Position numbers and translations under genes: made by a program
Notes under the pieces: generated by a model
Seen by the model: only the letters and a program-made list of their open reading frames with translations
What the model was told of the DNA's origin: nothing
The model's database searches: none
Assembly: GCF_009914755.1 (NCBI RefSeq)
Contig: NC_060930.1
Length of the DNA: 64,000 nt
Reading direction: 5' to 3' (one strand)
From: the human T2T-CHM13v2.0 reference genome, Homo sapiens
In this document: piece after piece, positions 41,342 to 63,983 of the stretch
How positions within the stretch are numbered: position 1 is the stretch's first letter
How the letters are laid out: each line of letters starts with the position of its first letter

Positions 41342-42193
41342 TAAATAATATGCAGAAGGTAAACTTCCAAACACTGACATAACATTATTATCTCTTTCTT
41401 TTAATGATAATCATGCTGTGACCTCATTGAATTTGTTGAGATATGGGCATATGTTTATTGACCAGAATAATGATTCCTATGCCATGGAGAGTAAGAAGGA
41501 CAGTTATAAAACATGTTTAGTAGAATTCCATTTTTGCTTAAAATAATGTTTTAAACAATTCATAGATATGGAAGAGTTCACACCAACTATGGCCATTATA
41601 ACCATTCTGGGTGGTGTTATTTGGTGTTTATTTTTGCTGATGTAGTTTCAAGTTGTTATTCTGTTATGTAATTCTCTTTGATGTTTTTTCCTTTGAAAAA
41701 TTTTAAGCCAGGCCGAGTGCGATGGCTCACGCCTGTAATTCTAGCACTTTGGGAGGCTGAGACAGGTGGATCACCTGAGGTCAGGAGTTCAAGACTAGCC
41801 TGACCAACATGGTGAAACTCCATCTCTATTAAAAATACAAAAATTAGCGGGGCATGGTGGTGCACGCCTGTAATCCCAGCTACTCAAGAGCCTGAGGCAG
41901 GAGAATCGCTTGAACTGGGAGGTGGAGGTTGCAGTGAGCCAAGATCCTGCCATTGCAGTCCAGCCTGGGAGAAGAGCAAAATTCCATCTCAAAGAAAAAA
42001 AAAAATTTAAGCCACCAAACTGAAAAATTGGAACTATAATATAATGAACAGCATTATTTGTCACCTAGATTCACAAATGATTAAATTTCATCACGTCTGC
42101 AACGATTAAAATTTGAAGGACAAAACTACAATTTAATCTGATTTTCTGGATGCAGCTGTTTTTATTTCTATGTATCACTGTCAAGTTGCTGTC

Positions 42194-42195
<2 letters not shown>

Positions 42196-42239
<44 letters not shown>
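42196..42239. repeat. (CA)n microsatellite abutting an Alu poly(T)
   Basis: Read directly. Confidence 0.95.
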
Positions 42240-42240
<1 letters not shown>

Positions 42241-42304
42241 TTTTTTTTTTTGAGACAGAGTTTTGCTCTTGTTGCCCAGGCTGGAGTGCAATGGCATGAT
42301 CTAG

Positions 42305-42775
<471 letters not shown>

Positions 42776-42908
42776 TAGCCAGGATGGTCTCGATCTCCTG
42801 ACCTCGTGGTCTGCCCGCCTCAGCCTCCCAAAGTGCTGGGATTACAGGCATAAACCACCACGCCCAGCCCATATATATATTTTTTAGGCTAATCAAGTGA
42901 AGCAGTAG

Positions 42909-45580
<2,672 letters not shown>

Positions 45581-45935
45581 TCAGTAGAATATATATATAT
45601 GAGACAGGATCTCGCACTGTCACCCAGGCTGGAGTGCAGTGGCATAATCATGGCTCGCTGCAGCCTTGACCTTCTGGGCTCAAGCAGTCCACCTTAGCCT
45701 CCCATGTGCCACCACACCTGGCTAATTTTTATTTTTGATATGCTATGTTGTCCAGGCTGGTCTTGATCTCCTGAGCTTAAGCAATCCTCTCTCCTCAGAC
45801 TCCTAAAGTCGGGGGATTACAGGTGTGAGCCACTGCACCTGGCCTCACTAGTATATTTTTGAAACTGAATTTTTAAAGTCTGTATCTGAGGTAGTCAATA
45901 AATAAATCAGTGTGCCAAAATCTTCCTGTTTATAA

Positions 45936-46435
<500 letters not shown>

Positions 46436-46527
46436 TAAATCTCATTCTTTTCCTGGTCCTTTAGTGTAGGAATGGAAAAATCTCAGTGCCTAAAGTCATT
46501 TTTAACTAATCTTTGCCTTTCTTGCAG

Positions 46528-46596
46528 CTTCTCCTCTTAAGAACAATGATGAAGGCTCACTGGACATATACGCTGGGTTGGACAGTGCTGTTTCTG
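46528..46596 (+). CDS. CASP8AP2: FLASH exon 3 ([23 protein letters not shown])
   Basis: ctttcttgcag| acceptor, G|GTATGT donor, 69 nt, phase 1-1, in frame with exon 2. Confidence 0.92.
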
Positions 46597-46795
46597 GTAT
46601 GTGAATTCCATAAAAATAGTTTCATTTTCTTGGTCAGTTCATTGTTTTGTGGTTACTAAATCCTGGTATATCATAGCTCCTAAAGAATTTGCTCATTCTT
46701 TGTAATTACACTGAGGTAATTCTTTTCTTTCTTTTCCCCCACAGTAACTTCCAGAACCCAATCTTAACCAAAGCTTGATCAGAAAAACAAATTAG

Positions 46796-47117
<322 letters not shown>

Positions 47118-47532
47118 TAGCCTGGATGGTCTCGATCTCCTGACCTCGTGATCCGCCCACCTCAGCCTCCCAAAGTGCTGGGATTACAGGCGTAAGTCAC
47201 CACACCTGGCCGCACTCATACTCTTGAAGGTTATATGATATTAGAACATTTGAAAAGTGTAAGTTACTATAAATATTTTTAAACGTATCAGTAAGAGTGA
47301 TATGCTGAGAATCTAATGACCTATTCAAATTAGAAACCTTTTCCATAATCAGATTTCTCAGAGTTTTGAACAGTTATGATCTTCATACCTAATTTGGTTG
47401 ACACAACCATTTTAGGTAAATTGGTAGTCCATCTGTAAAATCAGTATAAATTTGGAATGTAGGATAAGTGAAATGTAGGATGAAGTATGGGAGATGGAGA
47501 AATGTATAATCTTTGAAGTAGATAAAATATCA

Positions 47533-47721
<189 letters not shown>

Positions 47722-48179
47722 TCAGGGAGGCTGAGGCAGAAGAATCGCTTGAACCCAGGAGGCGGAGGTTGCAGTGAGCCAAGATAGCGCCACTGCGCTC
47801 CAGCCTGGGTGACAGAGGGAGACTCCTAAAAAAAAAAGGTGTGACAAATATTTTCACTTTGTGAGGCCAAGGCGGGTGGATTTCTTGAGGTCAGGAGTTC
47901 GAGACCAGCCTGGCCAACATGGTGAAACACCATCTCACCATCTCTACTAAAAATACAAAAATTAGTGGGGCGTGGTGGCGTGCACCTGTAATCCCAGCTA
48001 CTCGGGAGGCTGACGCATGAGAATGGCTTGAACCTGGGAGGGTGAGGCTACAGTGAGCCAAGATTTGCACCACTGCCACTGCACTCTAGCATGGGTGACA
48101 GAACGAGACTCAAAAAAACAAAAGAAAAAAGTGTAACAAGTATTTTTATGGAAGGTTTTTTTTGTTTGTTTGTTTTTAG

Positions 48180-48280
48180 ACAGCGCTTCCAAATCCTGTG
48201 TACCATCAAGAAATTGTTTGGACTTATATGAAGAGATCCTGACTGAAGAAGGAACTGCAAAGGAGGCAACATATAATGAT
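48180..48280 (+). CDS. CASP8AP2: FLASH exon 4 ([34 protein letters not shown]), contains the LDLY motif at aa 55-58
   Basis: tttttag| acceptor, |GTATGG donor, 101 nt, phase 1-0. Confidence 0.92.
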
Positions 48281-48832
48281 GTATGGGTTGCCACAATTAT
48301 TAAGGACAGTTATTTACTGTTTTGTAGCTTCTGAAGAGCAGTCAGCTGCTTAGTTTTGAACAGATATTTTGTTTAGGAACTTAGCTCTTAGACTAACAAA
48401 TATTTAAGTCAGTTTTTGTCTTCAGACCTGTTTTTTAAAGGAATGTTTTCTGAATACTTGTCTAAATTTAGTTATAATTTTGCTTGACCCAATTTAAGCA
48501 TCTGAATATAAAACCTCAACAGGCAAACAGTGTTACAACATTTTTTCTTTCATGATATGTACAAAGTTAAATTATATGTTGCATAAAATGTCCTCAGACT
48601 TCTATTTCTTTCTACTATATTTGAATTTTAAGGTTTGGATGTTGAATGTGAAACTAAACAAAATAGATTATTTGTAGGCTTAACTTTAAAACTGGTTATC
48701 TTTCTGGTAGAAGTAGACCTCATCTGCCTTCTTAGTGAATTGATTTGCAAAATTTAAAATATTTAGAAATGCCAGTTAAGCTAAGAAAATAATTTTGAAT
48801 GATACTTCAATTAATCCTTTTATATTTTATAG

Positions 48833-48907
48833 TTGCAAGTAGAATATGGAAAATGTCAACTACAAATGAAAGAGCTGATGAAAAAGTTTAAAGAAATACA
48901 GACACAG
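48833..48907 (+). CDS. CASP8AP2: FLASH exon 5 (LQVEYGKCQLQMKELMKKFKEIQTQ), coiled coil
   Basis: ttttatag| acceptor, CAG|GTAGAG donor, 75 nt, phase 0-0. Confidence 0.92.
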
Positions 48908-49311
48908 GTAGAGTATAAATGAAAACATAAAAAACAAATTACCAGGCACAGTGACTCACACCAGTAATTTCAGCACTTTGAGAGGCAGAGGTGAGAGGAT
49001 TGCTTGAGGCCAGGAGTTTGAGCCCAGCCTTAGCAAGGTAGCGAAACCTCATCTCTACAAAAAAATAAAACAATTAGCTGTGTATGGCCCCCTGTAGTCC
49101 TAGCTACTTAGGAGGCTGAGGAGGGAGGACTCTTGAACTCAGGAGTTTGAAGTTAAAGTGAGCTGTGATTGTGCCACTGCACTCCAGCCTGGGTGACAGA
49201 GCAAGACCCTGTCACTTAAAAAAAGTAAAACAACAAAAAAAAAGTTGTTATAAATAGAAATTAAAATGTTAAAGTGTTGACAGTTTATAAGGAAGCTTTC
49301 TTTTAGTATTA

Positions 49312-49417
49312 AATGAAATAGCAAATGTGGCAAGTATGCATTATTTCCTGAGTTGATGAAATTGAATGAAATAGCAAATGTGGCAAATATGCATTATTTT
49401 CCGAGTTGATGAAACTG
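49312..49417. repeat. 53-bp tandem duplication with 4 mismatches
   Basis: AATGAAATAGCAAATGTGGCAARTATGCATTATTT...GAGTTGATGAAAYTG occurs twice. Confidence 0.9.
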
Positions 49418-50446
49418 ATAAAGGAAAACGGCTTGATTTATTAAATGACATTGATTATAAAGGGTCTGTTAGACTTAGGCCAATTAATAGTTAATTAATA
49501 GAAAATTGTGGAGATGATGACAACTGGTTTAAAAGAATGGTTTTGAGGAGCAAAGATACGGGTTTAAAATGGCTCTTGGGGGACACTGTTGATGCCTTCA
49601 CAGCTTTTGCCAAAATGACCTATTTTGTGACTGTGCTGCAAAAATCAGGAATGTCATGTCCTGTTCTAGTTTTTACTTTTTGGTAAAATTGTATCTCTTC
49701 CTTCTCTTCCCCCTGAAAGAACCAGTGAACTCTCAATTCTTTCTTTGTTTATCTGGGGACTAATACATCTTTTTTTTTTTTCTGATGGAGCCTTGCGCTT
49801 CGCCAGGCTGGAGTGCAGTGGCACGATCTCGGCTTACTGCAACCTCCAGCTCACTGCAACCTCCGCCTCTCAGGCTCAAGCGGTTCTCCTGCCTCAGCCT
49901 CCCAAGTAGCTGGGATTACAGGCACCCACCATGACACCTGGCTAATTTTTGTATTTTTAGTAGAGACAGGGTTTTGGCCTGTTGGCCAGGCTGGTCTTGA
50001 GCTCCTGACTTTAGGTGATCCACCTGCCTCGGCCTCCCAAAGTGCTGGGATTACAGGCGTGAGCCACCATGCCCAGACTGGACTAATACATCTTTGCAAG
50101 TTTAACCAAAGCTGTTAAATTATAACCTAATTCTTACCATTTTTATTTTCAATTTTCAAGATCATGACCCAGGCAGAACTTACTTTTTCTGCTGTTCATT
50201 GGTTTTTCATTTCAATCTCTGTTTTAAGTAGTTTCACTTTAAGTGGGACTATTTCTGGTGCCAGTTATCTTCTCATAGTCTCAGCTTCCCCACCTGTATA
50301 AGGGGGATAAATAGTACTCCTCATAGGGCTTATAAATGTATGATGCCTGCATGTAGTTAACATTCAATAATTATCAGCTAATGTATGTAGTAGTATTAGT
50401 AACCCTATAGGTATGTACTTTATTAATATAGTTTGTGGTGTTTTAG

Positions 50447-50562
50447 AATTTCAGCTTAATAAACGAAAACCAGTCTCTTAAGAAGAATATTTCAGCACTT
50501 ATCAAAACTGCCAGAGTGGAAATAAACCGCAAGGATGAAGAAATAAGTAATCTTCACCAAAG
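50447..50562 (+). CDS. CASP8AP2: FLASH exon 6 ([38 protein letters not shown]), Lsm11-binding coiled coil
   Basis: ttttag| acceptor, AG|GTATTA donor, 116 nt, phase 0-2. Confidence 0.92.
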
Positions 50563-50664
50563 GTATTACTGAGCGGTGTAGCTGTTATAAATTACGTGGG
50601 TATTGATATGTGGAATATTTTTAACTTTTAGAGGAAAGATGAAAATAATGTATTTTTATTTTTT

Positions 50665-53230
<2,566 letters not shown>

Positions 53231-53325
53231 AAGGGTGTTCCTTTTGTGGTTAGTGCTTTTCGTGTTTACATTTCCCCAATGATCTCAAAGGTATCTACCA
53301 ACAGTTGGTCGGTTGAGTCAGTATC

Positions 53326-53729
53326 TATATTAGTTTCCTAGGCTTAGTGTAACAAAACTACCAGAAATGGGTGGCCTAAACAACCAAAATTTGTCTCACA
53401 GTCCTGGAGGCTAGAAGTCCAAAATGAAAGTGTCAGCAAAGTTAGTTTCTTTTGAGAGCTCTGAAGGAAGGATCTGATTCAGGCCTCTGTACTCTTAGAT
53501 GGTTGTCTACTTCCTATGTCTCTTTATATCCTCTTTCTAAATGTATCTCTGTGTCCAAATTTCCCCCTTTTTATAAGAACACCAGTAATATTGCATGCCC
53601 ACCTTGAGGACATCACTTTAACTTGATTATTTCTGTAAAGACCCTTTAAATAAGGTCATATTCTGAAGAACAATGGGTTAGAACTTCAAATTATGAATTT
53701 GGTCAGGAGAGGGGACACAATCCATAACA
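53326..53729. mobile_element. MLT1-type MaLR LTR
   Basis: TATATTAGTTTCCTAGG...TCTCACAGTCCTGGAGGCTAGAAGTCCAA...GGGGACACAATCCATAACA. Confidence 0.75.
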
Positions 53730-54206
53730 GGGTTCATATGAGGCTTACATATTGTTTTAGGTTGTGTGTTTTTCTAATCCTCTCTTATAACAATCTGCCT
53801 ATATTTCTGAGTTTTTTAAGTTTTGGGTTTTTCTACACATTTGCTACTGATTAGAAAAAGATATATGAAATTTCAGAGAAATTATGGAATTTCTGGAAGA
53901 TGAAGTTATTACCAGAAGCCAATATAGGCCAGGCACAGTGGCTCACGCCTGTAACCCCAGTACTTTGGGAGGCGAAGGCAGGAGAATTGCTTGAGTCCAG
54001 GAGTTTGAGACCAGCCTGCGCAGCATAGTGAGATCCCATCTCTACGAAAAATTAAAAATTAGCTGGGCATGGTGGCTTGTACCTGTAGTCCCAGCTACTT
54101 GGAAGGTTGAAGTGAGAGGATTGCTTGAGCCTAGGACATCAAGGCTGCAGTGAGCCATGATCATTCCGCTGCACTCAGCCTGGGTGAAAGAGGGAGACCC
54201 TGTCTC

Positions 54207-54237
<31 letters not shown>

Positions 54238-54744
54238 AATTGAGCTATCTACATTTTATTGCTAGGAAACCTACCAGTTTTTTTAAACACTAATATAAAA
54301 CCTTAAGACTTAGATTTTTGTTTGTTTTAAACAGTAAATATATACCATTCTCCTAGGAAAGAATTACAACTCTTTATTCCTTTTTACTTTGCGTAGTATA
54401 TAACATCTTAAGATGGCCTTTGGTGCTTTGGCTTGCTGTGGGATTGTATGTGAAACAGAAAACTAGGATAGAGAATTATGTAGAGTTTTACTTTGTTCAT
54501 GTCTGTTGTTTAGCAAGATTTTACTTTTCCTTGTGTTTCAGTTGAGCTAGAATGAATAAGGCAAGAAAATAATGTCACTTGTTCTAAAAGAAGTGAACTT
54601 GTGGTTAGCTGGGGAGTTATGCACTGTAGTGAAGTAAGTCTAAGAGCCATTGGCAAGTATTGGGATAGATCCTCAGGTCCTCAAAACTTATTTGAGCAAG
54701 GCACATGAAAGAGAATTTCATGTTTTAAAAACAGGCTAATTTAG

Positions 54745-54984
<240 letters not shown>

Positions 54985-55116
54985 TGATCATGAACTCCTG
55001 GGCTCAAACAAATGATCCTCCCGCCTTGTCCTCCTCAAGTGCTGATATTAGAGGCATGAGCCACCACATCTGGCCAAAGCTGGTAATTTCTTTCTCAACC
55101 AGGAGGTTGAGGCTGA

Positions 55117-55413
<297 letters not shown>

Positions 55414-55491
55414 TAATCATGAATTACTCATGTGAATGAAGTTTGGAATATTGCTAAATATAATTTAACTTTTTTTTTTATTTCATAATAG

Positions 55492-57737
55492 ATTGTCTGA
55501 GTTTCCACATTTTCGAAATAATCATAAAACTGCAAGGACATTTGATACAGTTAAAACAAAAGATCTTAAATCTAGATCTCCACATTTGGATGATTGTTCA
55601 AAGACTGATCACAGAGCTAAAAGTGATGTTTCTAAAGATGTACATCATAGCACTTCACTGCCAAATCTGGAAAAGGAAGGAAAACCACATTCTGATAAAA
55701 GGAGTACTTCACATTTACCTACATCTGTTGAGAAACACTGCACTAATGGTGTTTGGTCACGTTCTCATTATCAGGTTGGCGAGGGTAGCTCAAATGAGGA
55801 TAGTAGAAGAGGAAGAAAAGATATTAGACATAGCCAGTTTAACAGAGGAACTGAAAGAGTACGAAAAGACTTAAGTACTGGCTGTGGTGATGGTGAACCA
55901 AGGATATTGGAGGCTAGTCAAAGGCTACAAGGACATCCTGAGAAATATGGTAAAGGTGAACCAAAGACTGAAAGCAAAAGTTCGAAGTTTAAAAGTAACT
56001 CAGATTCTGACTATAAAGGTGAACGCATTAACTCTTCTTGGGAGAAAGAGACCCCTGGAGAAAGGTCACACAGTCGAGTAGACTCTCAAAGTGACAAAAA
56101 ACTAGAAAGACAAAGTGAAAGATCACAAAATATAAATAGGAAAGAAGTTAAATCACAAGACAAAGAAGAAAGAAAAGTTGATCAAAAACCTAAATCAGTA
56201 GTAAAGGACCAAGATCACTGGAGAAGATCTGAACGAGCATCACTTCCTCATTCCAAGAATGAAATAACATTTTCTCATAATTCAAGTAAATACCATCTAG
56301 AAGAGAGAAGAGGATGGGAAGATTGTAAAAGAGACAAGAGTGTAAACAGTCATAGTTTTCAAGATGGAAGATGTCCATCTTCTCTTTCAAACAGTAGAAC
56401 TCACAAAAACATTGACTCTAAGGAAGTTGATGCCATGCATCAGTGGGAAAATACACCTTTAAAAGCAGAAAGACATAGAACTGAAGATAAGAGGAAAAGA
56501 GAACAAGAAAGCAAAGAAGAAAATAGGCATATTAGAAATGAAAAAAGAGTACCTACAGAACATTTGCAGAAGACTAATAAGGAAACTAAGAAAACCACTA
56601 CTGATTTAAAGAAACAGAATGAACCAAAGACTGATAAGGGAGAAGTCCTTGATAATGGTGTTTCTGAAGGAGCAGATAATAAAGAGCTTGCAATGAAAGC
56701 TGAGAGTGGTCCAAATGAAACAAAAAACAAGGACCTAAAATTGAGTTTTATGAAAAAATTGAACTTAACTCTTTCTCCTGCTAAAAAGCAACCTGTTTCC
56801 CAGGATAATCAGCATAAAATAACTGATATTCCCAAGTCCAGTGGTGTATGTGATTCAGAGTCTTCAATGCAAGTTAAAACAGTGGCATATGTTCCCTCCA
56901 TAAGTGAACATATCTTGGGGGAAGCAGCTGTCAGTGAACATACCATGGGGGAAACCAAGTCAACGTTATTGGAACCAAAGGTTGCTCTTCTAGCAGTGAC
57001 TGAACCCAGGATCGGTATCTCAGAAACCAACAAGGAAGACGAAAATAGTTTGTTAGTTAGGTCTGTTGACAATACTATGCATTGTGAAGAGCCCATTTGT
57101 GGTACAGAGACTTCCTTCCCATCTCCTATGGAAATACAACAGACAGAATCCTTGTTTCCATCAACAGGAATGAAACAAACCATTAATAATGGAAGGGCAG
57201 CAGCTCCTGTGGTAATGGATGTATTACAAACAGATGTGTCTCAAAACTTTGGCTTGGAATTGGATACCAAAAGAAATGATAATTCAGATTATTGTGGTAT
57301 TTCTGAAGGTATGGAGATGAAGGTGGCACTTTCAACAACAGTGAGTGAAACCACTGAAAGCATTTTGCAGCCTTCAATTGAGGAAGCTGATATTTTGCCA
57401 ATAATGCTTTCAGAAGATAATAACCCAAAATTTGAGCCTTCTGTTATAGTTACACCACTGGTTGAGAGTAAGTCGTGTCATCTGGAGCCTTGCTTACCTA
57501 AAGAGACTCTAGATTCTTCACTTCAGCAGACTGAGTTAATGGACCACAGAATGGCAACTGGTGAAACAAACTCAGTATATCATGATGATGATAACTCGGT
57601 TTTGAGCATTGACCTTAATCACCTGAGACCTATTCCAGAAGCCATCAGTCCTCTGAATAGTCCAGTGAGACCTGTAGCAAAAGTTCTTAGAAATGAAAGC
57701 CCACCTCAAGTTCCAGTGTATAATAACAGTCATAAAG
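55492..57737 (+). CDS. CASP8AP2: FLASH exon 7 (2246 nt, charged and low-complexity)
   Basis: Long ORF 55493-57763. T-rich acceptor ...cataatag| at 55491, donor AAG|GTAATA at 57738, phase 2-1. Confidence 0.95.
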
Positions 57738-57879
57738 GTAATAGTTTGTATTATCTTCTATAACTTTGCATTTTATGAGAATGTAAAATACATAAGATGA
57801 ATTGGTGCTTTTTCTTTTTTGATAACATAAAAAGTAGCATATTACTCAGCCCCTGTTATCTAGAAGTGCACATGGAGGG

Positions 57880-59192
<1,313 letters not shown>

Positions 59193-59319
59193 ACAGTGAA
59201 TTGCCTCAGTATTTAATTTTTTGTTATATGTAATATTTAATATGGACATGTCAAATAACTAAACTTTAATATACTTTTATCTTCTATAAATGTGTTTAAT
59301 ATATTTTTCTCTTCTACAG

Positions 59320-62300
59320 ATGTGTTTTTACCAAATTCAGCTCATTCTACCTCTAAGAGTCAGTCTGATCTCAATAAGGAAAATCAAAAGCCAATTTACA
59401 AATCTGACAAATGTACAGAAGCAGACACATGTAAGAATTCACCATTAGATGAATTAGAAGAAGGAGAAATTAGAAGTGATAGTGAAACATCTAAACCACA
59501 AGAAAGTTTTGAAAAAAATTCCAAACGTAGAGTGTCAGCTGATGTGCGGAAGTCAAAGACTATCCCACGACGTGGGAAAAGTACTGTGTGTTTAGATAAA
59601 GACAGTAGGAAAACACATGTAAGAATCCATCAGACCAATAACAAATGGAATAAAAGACCTGATAAATCTAGCAGATCTTCAAAAACAGAGAAGAAAGATA
59701 AAGTGATGAGCACTTCCAGCTTGGAAAAAATAGTTCCAATTATTGCTGTACCCTCTTCTGAACAAGAGATCATGCACATGTTACGAATGATAAGAAAACA
59801 TGTAAGAAAAAATTATATGAAATTCAAGGCAAAATTTTCATTAATACAATTTCACAGAATTATTGAGTCAGCAATTTTGAGTTTTACATCTTTAATTAAA
59901 CATCTCAACTTACACAAAATCTCTAAGTCAGTGACTACCTTACAGAAGAATCTCTGTGATATTATAGAGTCTAAACTTAAGCAAGTTAAAAAGAATGGCA
60001 TAGTTGATCGTTTATTTGAACAGCAACTACCAGATATGAAAAAAAAATTGTGGAAGTTTGTAGATGACCAACTTGATTATTTGTTTGCAAAGCTTAAGAA
60101 AATCTTAGTATGTGATTCCAAAAGCTTTGGAAGAGATAGTGATGAAGGCAAACTTGAAAAAACAAGTAAACAGAATGCACAGTATTCAAATAGTCAGAAA
60201 AGGAGTGTGGACAACTCCAACAGAGAATTGCTGAAAGAAAAATTATCAAAATCAGAAGACCCTGTTCATTATAAGTCTTTAGTGGGATGTAAAAAATCTG
60301 AGGAAAATTATCAAGACCAAAATAACTCCAGTATTAACACTGTAAAGCATGACATTAAAAAAAATTTTAACATCTGCTTTGATAATATAAAGAACTCTCA
60401 ATCCGAAGAGCGCTCCTTGGAAGTACACTGTCCAAGCACCCCAAAGTCAGAAAAAAACGAAGGAAGCAGCATAGAGGATGCACAGACATCCCAGCATGCA
60501 ACTTTGAAGCCAGAACGAAGTTTCGAGATTCTTACCGAACAGCAAGCATCGAGCCTTACTTTTAATTTAGTGAGTGATGCACAAATGGGTGAAATATTTA
60601 AAAGTTTGTTGCAAGGTTCTGATCTTTTAGACAGCAGTGTTAACTGTACTGAAAAAAGTGAGTGGGAGTTAAAGACTCCAGAGAAGCAGCTGCTAGAGAC
60701 TCTTAAGTGCGAGTCTATACCAGCTTGTACAACAGAAGAGCTAGTTTCAGGGGTGGCTTCTCCATGTCCTAAAATGATTAGTGATGATAATTGGTCATTA
60801 TTATCATCTGAAAAAGGTCCATCTCTGTCTTCAGGGCTTTCATTGCCGGTTCATCCTGATGTGTTGGATGAAAGTTGTATGTTTGAAGTGTCTACTAACC
60901 TACCTTTAAGTAAAGATAATGTGTGTAGTGTAGAAAAGAGCAAGCCCTGCGTTTCTTCCATACTTCTTGAAGATCTAGCAGTCTCTTTAACAGTACCATC
61001 GCCTCTGAAGTCAGATGGTCATCTCAGTTTTTTAAAGCCTGATATGTCGTCCAGTTCAACTCCTGAAGAAGTCATTAGTGCTCATTTTAGTGAAGATGCC
61101 TTACTTGAGGAAGAGGATGCATCTGAGCAAGATATTCATTTAGCTCTGGAGTCTGATAATTCAAGCAGTAAATCAAGTTGTTCTTCTTCCTGGACAAGCC
61201 GATCTGTTGCTCCAGGCTTTCAGTACCACCCTAATCTACCTATGCATGCTGTCATAATGGAAAAGTCCAATGATCATTTCATTGTGAAAATACGACGTGC
61301 AACACCATCTACCTCTTCTGGCCTTAAACAGAGTATGATGCCTGATGAATTATTGACATCTTTGCCCAGACATGGAAAGGAAGCTGATGAAGGACCAGAG
61401 AAAGAATATATTTCATGTCAGAACACAGTTTTTAAATCTGTGGAGGAATTGGAAAACTCCAACAAAAATGTTGATGGCAGCAAGTCAACTCATGAAGAAC
61501 AGAGCTCTATGATACAAACACAGGTTCCTGATATATATGAATTTCTTAAAGATGCTTCAGATAAGATGGGTCATAGTGATGAAGTGGCTGATGAATGTTT
61601 CAAATTGCATCAAGTATGGGAAACAAAAGTGCCTGAAAGCATTGAAGAATTGCCTTCAATGGAAGAAATCTCACACTCTGTTGGGGAACATCTTCCAAAC
61701 ACATACGTAGATCTAACGAAAGATCCAGTCACTGAAACCAAAAACTTGGGGGAATTCATAGAAGTAACAGTTTTACATATTGATCAGTTGGGATGTTCTG
61801 GAGGCAATTTAAATCAGAGTGCTCAAATATTAGACAATTCTTTGCAGGCTGATACTGTAGGTGCTTTTATTGATTTGACACAAGATGCTTCAAGTGAGGC
61901 TAAAAGTGAAGGTAATCATCCTGCATTAGCTGTGGAAGACTTGGGATGTGGGGTGATACAGGTAGATGAAGATAATTGTAAGGAAGAAAAGGCACAAGTG
62001 GCAAACAGGCCTTTAAAATGCATTGTTGAGGAAACCTATATCGACTTGACCACAGAATCTCCCAGTTCATGTGAAGTAAAAAAAGATGAGTTAAAATCAG
62101 AGCCAGGATCAAATTGTGATAACTCGGAGTTGCCTGGGACTTTGCATAATTCTCACAAAAAGAGAAGAAACATTTCTGATCTAAATCATCCTCATAAAAA
62201 ACAAAGAAAGGAAACAGACTTAACTAATAAGGAAAAGACCAAGAAACCTACCCAAGATTCTTGTGAGAATACTGAAGCTCACCAAAAGAAAGCCAGTAAG

Positions 62301-62449
62301 AAGAAGGCCCCTCCTGTGACTAAAGATCCCTCATCATTAAAGGCAACCCCAGGGATTAAGGATTCATCAGCAGCACTTGCCACTTCTACAAGTCTTTCTG
62401 CAAAAAATGTTATTAAAAAGAAGGGAGAAATTATCATTTTATGGACAAG
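59320..62449 (+). CDS. CASP8AP2: FLASH exon 8 (3130 nt): ARS2-binding DELEEGEI motif, SIM cluster, start of the SANT/Myb-like domain (IILWT)
   Basis: Long ORF 59292-62453. Acceptor ttctacag| at 59319, donor AG|GTAAGA at 62450, phase 1-2. Cumulative CDS is 5792 nt, consistent with a ~1982-aa protein finishing beyond the window. Confidence 0.95.
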
Positions 62450-62496
62450 GTAAGAATCTTGTGAGACATTGAAATCACCAGGAAATTTTGCACTCA

Positions 62497-63280
<784 letters not shown>

Positions 63281-63659
63281 CTAAAGATATCTAATCTGTC
63301 ATGTCTTCATAGCTTTATCATCCTAAAATAAGGAAAATGATGACTTCAAAAGTGGCCAAAGGTAGTTGAAGATACATTCTAGAGTACAGACCTGCTGTAC
63401 TGTTGTACAATCTAGAACAGTGGCTCTTAACCAGAGGTGTGCAGTAATACCATGGATATAGCTTTTCACTTCGAAAAGCTCTATTGTGAAGTTAAAAAAA
63501 GAAAAGTGAAGTGAAAAAAAGTTAAAAAGTGAAGGGAAAAAGTGTGTTTTAACTTCACTGTTTAAATTAAAAACTTACTTCATTTGGAAGGAACTGCTGT
63601 AAGCACATCTTAGAAGGAATGACAAGTGATGAAACACAGCAAAAAATCGAGTGTTGGTA

Positions 63660-63703
63660 TAGGTTGGTGCTGCAAAACCACAATTACTTTTGCAGCAACC
63701 TAA
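63660..63703. mobile_element. Internally deleted MADE1 (Hsmar1 MITE)
   Basis: TAGGTTGGTGC...CAAAACCACAATTACTTTTGCAGCAACCTAA: one near-complete and one truncated mariner TIR. Confidence 0.75.
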
Positions 63704-63797
63704 TAGTTTGATTTTTCCTCCAGATTAGAAGTTTACAGTTTTGTAAACCGGTTGTACTTTTGAGGGTTTTTGTTTGTTTGTTTGTTTGTTTGTTTGA

Positions 63798-63983
<186 letters not shown>

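Noticed and set aside
55542-57428. Overlapping and antisense ORFs within exon 7, and 61900-62112 in exon 8
   Set aside because: Shadows of a purine-rich coding strand with no independent support.
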